Assembly (NCBI GenBank): GCA_034660695.1
Contig: JAYEJS010000114.1
Coordinates: forward strand, 8,144 to 69,051
Direction: 5' to 3'
Origin: Thermoplasmatota archaeon
Lineage (GTDB): Archaea; Thermoplasmatota; E2; UBA202; DSCA01
DNA: 60,908 bases
Part shown: positions 57,101-60,908 of the stretch, one piece after another
How the letters are laid out: every line of letters begins with the position of its first letter
Numbering within the stretch: the stretch's first letter is position 1
The notes under the pieces: model-generated
What the model was told of the DNA's origin: nothing
Databases searched by the model: none
What the model saw: the letters and a program-made list of their open reading frames with translations, nothing else
Translations under genes and position numbers: made by a program

Positions 57101-58561
57101 AATTGGTACATCTATGCATTCAGTGGTCTTTTCTATCTGCACTATCTCATTGCCATCTGCTCCGAAGTATACACTGATACCTGCACCATCATGCCAATCA
57201 CCGAAGTAAACACTCTCATTGACACCATTCTTTGGATTCCAGTAGCGTGCCCCGGTCATTGGATCAATAAACCATCCCTCTGGTGTATCGGGTATGCCGA
57301 GCCATGTGATATTTTGCGTCGTAAACTCGTTATCTCCCTCAAAATCATAGTGTCCATCTACATCATCGTCGTCTATAAGTTCTGAATACACCTCAAAGAA
57401 GTATGTCGTATCGTCCTTTGGCGTGAATGGCAACATAAACTGGACCTGCTTCTGGAACGCTGTTTCATTGAATGCCCCAAGATACATTGCCTCATCTACA
57501 GGCTTATATTCCTGCCACACCAACGGCTGCATTCCGCCACACTGTGCCATAAGTGTAACATCATCAATGTACCATCCCTCAAACTGAGTGCATGGGTCAG
57601 AATGCCACTCGAACATTATCTGAATCGTTGTATTGTCCGGAGTGAGTGGTATAAACCATCCGACAGGTGCTCCATGTGAGTATGTAAATGTACCTATATC
57701 TAAGACATAATCCGAGCCGAAATCATCCGGGTCTGCCGTTAGCCATTCGCCCTCGCTATCTGCGTAAATTGCCAAAGGCACCCATGCCCCGCCGTCGATT
57801 CTGTAATAAACCTTGCCGTAATCTTCGAATTTGCCCTGTTCTTCGCTTACTTCTCCCTGTATCCACTGCTTGAAATTCAGCCAGACCGACGGTGTTCCAT
57901 CGCATAGGCCAGTAATGTCTATCTCCCTGCTGATAAGCTGGTCCAATGAATTACCCACATAAGTTCCTCCGTTGTCATCCATTACACAGTCATATACGTT
58001 ATGGTAGCTGTGCGTTGGTGAGTAGCTTCTCTTTTCTGTCCATCCCCATGTAACGCCATCGTCATCAACATCAACTGCTGTCCAATTGTGGCAACATGAT
58101 TCCATATCGTCGAACCAGAATGTAAAGGGATCGGGTTCAATTTCCTCGTATATCTGCAGGAATACTTTTACCTCATGTGGCACATCGTCCCAGTTTGTTA
58201 CCGTAGCAACAACATTTGTTTCCGATGTCTCATGTGGTACTGTTGGGTCTGGCACGTCCAGATATGTTACGTCAACGTCAGGCGGAACCTGACCTCCTCT
58301 ATCGGCCGCATATGGGTCGTACCATCCATTTTCCTCAACATGTCTGTTATCTTCGTGCCTTCCATAATTTGCTGGGTCGTATGGCGGCGTCCCTGATTCT
58401 CCATAAAGGACATCTGTAGTAGTGCCTTCTACCGCATTGCCGTCTCCACCGCTATCTCCACCGCTATCAGCAAAGACCACTGCTGGTATTCCTGTTATCG
58501 TTATCGCAATCACTAGAGATATCAACACTTTTATTCCATTTTTTGCTTTTTTTGCTTTCAT
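54173..58561 (-). CDS. Giant secreted protein (~1462 aa): four jelly-roll (MAM/'choice-of-anchor'-like) modules, a GWY-type Ig-like domain and the shared C-terminal module
   Basis: The start was set at MKAKKAKNG after GGAGG, followed by a signal peptide ending VVFA. F.DDFE....W......W...L.L......L.F.......D...VE.S.DGG..W-type modules recur. Other blocks are NGWYTSDVTVTLTAVD...YYSVDAVGNEE. The module lies at 54173-54496. Confidence 0.85.
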   Translation of the reverse strand: MKAKKAKNGIKVLISLVIAITITGIPAVVFADSGGDSGGDGNAVEGTTTDVLYGESGTPPYDPANYGRHEDNRHVEENGWYDPYAADRGGQVPPDVDVTYLDVPDPTVPHETSETNVVATVTNWDDVPHEVKVFLQIYEEIEPDPFTFWFDDMESCCHNWTAVDVDDDGVTWGWTEKRSYSPTHSYHNVYDCVMDDNGGTYVGNSLDQLISREIDITGLCDGTPSVWLNFKQWIQGEVSEEQGKFEDYGKVYYRIDGGAWVPLAIYADSEGEWLTADPDDFGSDYVLDIGTFTYSHGAPVGWFIPLTPDNTTIQIMFEWHSDPCTQFEGWYIDDVTLMAQCGGMQPLVWQEYKPVDEAMYLGAFNETAFQKQVQFMLPFTPKDDTTYFFEVYSELIDDDDVDGHYDFEGDNEFTTQNITWLGIPDTPEGWFIDPMTGARYWNPKNGVNESVYFGDWHDGAGISVYFGADGNEIVQIEKTTECIDVPISYVVANEGTIEEPIPYQIEVHKTAVENVFYDDYEQGDTDYYLDQGYEIGYFANPNCVLPHVETEMLAHSGTNAWYFGDAVCPDQNEGYYGSNMYCAFRTPEIDMNEYIGVTTTHLNYWVNFNINNELGPSPGYTGHFDPGYSDKWYFGVITDAGIYLFLSSTATSGTSGGWLPVESTNTPGEISGYNAVHPGNPWYPIIITAGPETTEPDLMTWLRSIGYDADGKIAFFWAMATGDANNNYPDEPWSGLYVDDVQLWGAGLGETIWSSDMMYETLEPGEQSDELTILWNACDYCDYTPVVKTHVEDDWNTHFKGDPDLGYMYNDEAQGSNLYIYTELYDEDFEGGGWMGDVGEFGSEWSTHDNTFGEPGQWVICDDGAPGWQLNHFLYTGDGDDSYENSYDNNRNDLVVPADGDGILAFDLTDMVMAQLRFDLWNEIETDWDYLTLEISNDSGDNWWTIAHWNNVTNYGYNMEEWVHYDMELFNGTDYIVAYNLYVPACPYIDPYPPCEYFINISYVNVSITEDMHFRFHFMSDSGYAYKGAYIDNIELVSLTNETVPYDGTDQPWRWTEEVLFEDDFEDGMGKWHTLEPWTGSMWHVSDTCSYPDDDEHCAANFDPYTYSSYNKQLYPAQCNLSGWGLPPAYWHYTTAMYFGYDSSYMNYRNNADDKLILDLDLSGVYQAWLRFYTNYTVIATGDFLYVEVSTDGGETWNTIATYQGDSGGWVAQSALPALGYTYNYGISLTPFTGGEALIRWRLVSDETDVGAIQIDDILVTGKRDTEAPVTTAIVNPPEPDGCNGWYTSDVTVTLTAVDREMGTTYYSIDGGTWLTYTGPITIGIDGEHTISYYSVDAVGNEETAKSVSFKIDKTAPTGSITSPEAGYIYFFGRQIMPRILDKSKALIIGGLTATATASDATSGVGYVTFSTSKGSVEDAVSPYEYNLPFYFPFGTDTLTVTVTDKACNTANAGSVDYIKIL

Positions 58562-58660
58562 GTTTTTGCCTCCAAATTGTATATAGAAAAAATGGTATAT
58601 AAAAGCTTCGGTGAAAAGCATTTAAAAAAGCAGAATCCGGCAAACAACAGCACACAAACT

Positions 58661-58718
58661 ATCCGTAGACTTCGTGAACAGGGATTTGGATGGATAGAAT
58701 GCATACACGAAACTCTTG
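58661..58718 (+). repeat. Dispersed repeat A, copy 1 (upstream of the giant gene)
   Basis: A 9-nt block atccgtaga and a 34-nt block tttggatgg...aaactcttg match 60794-60836. The 34-nt block matches at 31 of 34 positions. This copy has 15 extra nt between the blocks. Confidence 0.75.
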
Positions 58719-58847
58719 CTATTCCTATTTATTTCGCTTCTTGGTGGTGTTAAGCTATTTTGGCCGACTCCAGAGCCGTACCAGCTTTCGTGCTCTATTC
58801 TATAATACAATCTATAATACAAATATACAAGCAAGATAAACTGGTAT

Positions 58848-59045
58848 CTAATATATTTTACATATTTTACGGAAAAATACATATTGTATCATTTTCATTT
58901 CCGTATCCCGTCTAACCACCAGTTGAGCATGGAAATGAAATGGCTGCTTATTGAAAACTCAGCGGAAAGGCTCTTTCTCAATACTTTTTACAAGCTCGCC
59001 GTCAAGATAAAAATCAACCTGTGAAATGCCCGATGTATCAGTTAT
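58848..59045 (-). pseudogene. 3' remnant of a gene for the shared C-terminal module, truncated by the TA island
   Basis: The frame reads ITDTSGISQVDFYLDGELVKSIEKEPFR*VFNKQPFHFHAQLVV.... It aligns to ATDYKSGIDRVEFYIDG...PYEWTWDETIFGKHTINAIA of 35951-37378. The in-frame TGA (58959-58961) falls where family members have Trp. The remnant begins immediately after the HEPN gene stop. Confidence 0.5.
58916..58948 (+). repeat. 33-bp direct repeat B, copy 1 (left flank of the double TA island)
   Basis: ccaccagttgagcatggaaatgaaatggctgct matches 60734-60766 at 32 of 33 positions. Confidence 0.85.
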
Positions 59046-59452
59046 AGCGATCTTTTGATTTCCGTAAATATTTCGGTAAAATCTTTCAAACCTGTTTTTA
59101 TGTCATGATACGCTATTTCTTCATCAAGCCTTCCGTATCTATGAACCAGATAATTCCGGAAGGCTTCCATCTTTTTTAGCATCTTTATCGTTTCACTGTC
59201 CATAACCTCTGAATTTTTAAGCTCATCGAGCATGTCATCATCGCTGGCTGGCACCCTCAAATCCTTATCTTTTACAATGAGAGCACATATATCTAAGATG
59301 TTCTGAATGGCAAACTCCACATTTTTGTAAATTCCATCTCTTTCAAGCCTGCTCATAGATAAAAAATTTTCATAGCTCTCAGGTAAATTTTTCTCCACCA
59401 GATTAATGCTGTCTTTAGCATCAGAGAGTTTGTTCAATATTCTTTCATTCAT
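59042..59452 (-). CDS. HEPN/DUF86-like toxin
   Basis: R-x4-H motif in FRNYLVHRYG. The gene has a 4-nt overlap with the upstream nucleotidyltransferase gene. Confidence 0.75.
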   Translation of the reverse strand: MNERILNKLSDAKDSINLVEKNLPESYENFLSMSRLERDGIYKNVEFAIQNILDICALIVKDKDLRVPASDDDMLDELKNSEVMDSETIKMLKKMEAFRNYLVHRYGRLDEEIAYHDIKTGLKDFTEIFTEIKRSL

Positions 59453-59844
59453 AGTGTAGCACCTTCCACACCAGTTTTTCCATAAAGTATGTATTTGTAT
59501 CTGGGTTCAAAGTCATTGTACTCTTCGATTGTCCTATGAGCGACATCGTGAATGAATTCCTTATCATCGGCGTAAATAAGTTCTCCTTTAAAAATTTCCT
59601 TTTTTACGTATAGAGGTAGAAACTGAAACATCTGAATGTCATATTTATCTGGAAAAGAACCGCTTATCGTAAAAAAAAGCTCGCTTAACTCTTTTTTATC
59701 ATTGACGTCATAATAAAGACATATGTCGATATCCGACCTATCAGTAGTATTTCCGGTAACTGAAGAGCCGTAAAGATAAACGAATTTTAACCTGTTAAAG
59801 TGTAAAAATTGCTTCAGTTTGTCCAGAATTTCTTCTTTCATCAT
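59449..59844 (-). CDS. Nucleotidyltransferase-domain antitoxin (MNT-like)
   Basis: The motif is YLYGSSVTGNTTDRSDIDICLYY. The start was set to the internal MMKEE, and the ORF extends to 59934. Confidence 0.75.
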   Translation of the reverse strand: MMKEEILDKLKQFLHFNRLKFVYLYGSSVTGNTTDRSDIDICLYYDVNDKKELSELFFTISGSFPDKYDIQMFQFLPLYVKKEIFKGELIYADDKEFIHDVAHRTIEEYNDFEPRYKYILYGKTGVEGATL

Positions 59845-60030
59845 GAAATGATATCGGCAAAAGATGTTTAAATATTTCCTTTTGTCGGTTTCGAGAAACT
59901 CTATACAGATATTAGGCTCAGAGAATTCGGTCAAGTTGTTTTTTCACACATGCTTCTTATGTGCCGTATAGTTATAGGAAAAATTTAAGTGATATTAAAA
60001 TATTTAGGTAAACAAGAAGCAAGGATAAAA

Positions 60031-60324
60031 ATGAAAAAAATTGATGAGATAAAGCATATATTGAAATCGCATAAAGAAATCATGGCAGAGAAATACCATG
60101 TTAAAGAGATAAGCGTATTTGGCTCATATGTACGTGGTGATCAGGTTTCTGGTAGCGATATAGACATACTTGTAGAATTTTCGAAACCTGTTGGATTGAT
60201 AAAGTTTATTGAGCTGGAAGAATATCTCAGTGAACTTTTAAAAACAAAAGTAGACCTCGTTCCAAAAAGTGGAATAAAAATAGCACTGAAAGATAGCATA
60301 CTCAGTGAGGCAGTTTCAGTATGA
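60031..60324 (+). CDS. mntA: Minimal nucleotidyltransferase antitoxin MntA
   Basis: The motif is SVFGSYVRGDQVSGSDIDILVEF. It is a homologue of 35343-35633. The start is at MKKIDEIK. Confidence 0.85.
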   Translation: MKKIDEIKHILKSHKEIMAEKYHVKEISVFGSYVRGDQVSGSDIDILVEFSKPVGLIKFIELEEYLSELLKTKVDLVPKSGIKIALKDSILSEAVSV

Positions 60325-60662
60325 AGCGAGATTACAAAATCTTTCTACAGGATATCCTTCGAAGTATAGAACATATTGAAGGATATACAGAAGGCATGGA
60401 TATCGAAGCTTTTCGCAATGACCAAAAAACTGTCGATGCGGTTATCAGAAATCTAGAAATCATTGGCGAAGCCACTAAAAATATACCTATTGAGTTTAGA
60501 AGGAAGTATCCAGATATCCCGTGGAGAGAGATGGCTGGAACGAGAGACAAACTCACTCACGGATATTTTGATATCGTATATGAGATACTCTGGGAAACAG
60601 TGAAAAATGACCTCCCCAAAATCAAACCTAAAATCAAAAAGATATTGGATAAAACAATGTAA
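60321..60662 (+). CDS. hepT: HEPN (DUF86) toxin HepT
   Basis: The motif is GTRDKLTHGYFD. It shares VDAVIRNLEIIGEA.KNIP....KYPDIPW with 34993-35346. Confidence 0.85.
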   Translation: MKRDYKIFLQDILRSIEHIEGYTEGMDIEAFRNDQKTVDAVIRNLEIIGEATKNIPIEFRRKYPDIPWREMAGTRDKLTHGYFDIVYEILWETVKNDLPKIKPKIKKILDKTM

Positions 60663-60733
60663 CATGAAAAATCTACCGTTTTATGCCCCAACATTCTTGA
60701 ACAGTCCTATAATTTTTATTCATTTTTATCCAG

Positions 60734-60766
60734 CCACCAGTTGAGTATGGAAATGAAATGGCTGCT
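60734..60766 (+). repeat. 33-bp direct repeat B, copy 2 (right flank of the double TA island)
   Basis: ccaccagttgagtatggaaatgaaatggctgct. Confidence 0.85.
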
Positions 60767-60793
60767 GAGAGAGAAAAGAAAACTAGTTAGACA

Positions 60794-60836
60794 ATCCGTA
60801 GATTTGGATGAATAGGATGCATACGCGAAACTCTTG
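60794..60836 (+). repeat. Dispersed repeat A, copy 2
   Basis: atccgtagatttggatgaataggatgcatacgcgaaactcttg. See 58661-58718 for the partner copy. Confidence 0.75.
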
Positions 60837-60908
60837 TAACGTGGTTTGAGGATTTTTCAGTGTCATTCAGCATATATTATCCATGTTCTCACTCATAGGG
60901 ATATATTC

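Noticed and set aside
55166-57385. Three long antisense ORFs (193, 225 and 208 aa) opposite the giant gene
   Set aside because: These are shadow ORFs in the antisense frames of a long, compositionally biased gene. The translations are low-complexity and Cys/His/Val/Ile-rich, with no motifs. The same reasoning applies to 7304-7735, 13958-14443, 32109-32645, 33538-34017, 39907-40446 and 41083-41661.
58622-58882. 86-aa minus-strand ORF immediately upstream of the giant gene
   Set aside because: The translation is Tyr/Phe/Leu-rich and low-complexity from AT-rich spacer. It overlaps repeat A and has no plausible start context. It was treated as promoter or leader sequence.
58959-58961. Possibility that TGA encodes Trp (it sits at a conserved Trp position in the module remnant; a second PYE-TGA occurs near 60891-60893)
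   Set aside because: Many intact, well-conserved genes in the window end at TGA (for example 23182-23184 and 25917-25919). The surrounding sequences are otherwise decayed, so a TGG-to-TGA mutation in a pseudogene is the simpler explanation.

Overview
This is an archaeal chromosomal segment. Gene content looks euryarchaeal and Thermoplasmata-like: the Hef helicase lacks a nuclease domain, a PGF-CTERM surface protein is present, and purN-folC are folate-type. The taxonomic call is inference only.

Housekeeping backbone:
- The classical exosome/proteasome superoperon psmA-sdo1-rrp4-rrp41-rrp42-rpl37ae-rpoP-pcc1 lies at 37.5-41.7 kb on the minus strand.
- rpl18e-rpl13-rps9-rpoN lies at 43.0-44.4 kb.
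- Also present are cbf5, thyX, tiaS, rfcS-hef, purN-folC, hutI and a PIN/PilT-type ATPase.
- I folded seven tRNA genes by hand.

Accessory content:
- There are two giant secreted proteins. One is 5'-partial (more than 2246 aa) and ends in PGF-CTERM. The other is about 1462 aa.
- Five secreted proteins, plus one decayed remnant, all end in the same roughly 100-aa C-terminal module.
- An orphan HUH rolling-circle Rep gene sits next to the 3' end of tRNA-Ser.
- Three HEPN/MNT toxin-antitoxin pairs are bracketed by long direct repeats.
- Two paralogous B12-radical-SAM genes are present.
- Several genes are decayed or frameshifted.

Most unusual signal: four of the seven tRNA genes (Ser-GGA, His-GUG, Arg-UCU, Gly-CCC) carry an insertion in the T-loop. 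Each insertion folds into a strict helix-bulge-helix-bulge-helix splicing motif at position 59/60. Three of these introns share a homologous inner helix. tRNA-Pro has a canonical 37/38 intron.

No CRISPR array, rRNA or integrase was seen. All coordinates and counts come from manual reading, and no database search was possible.
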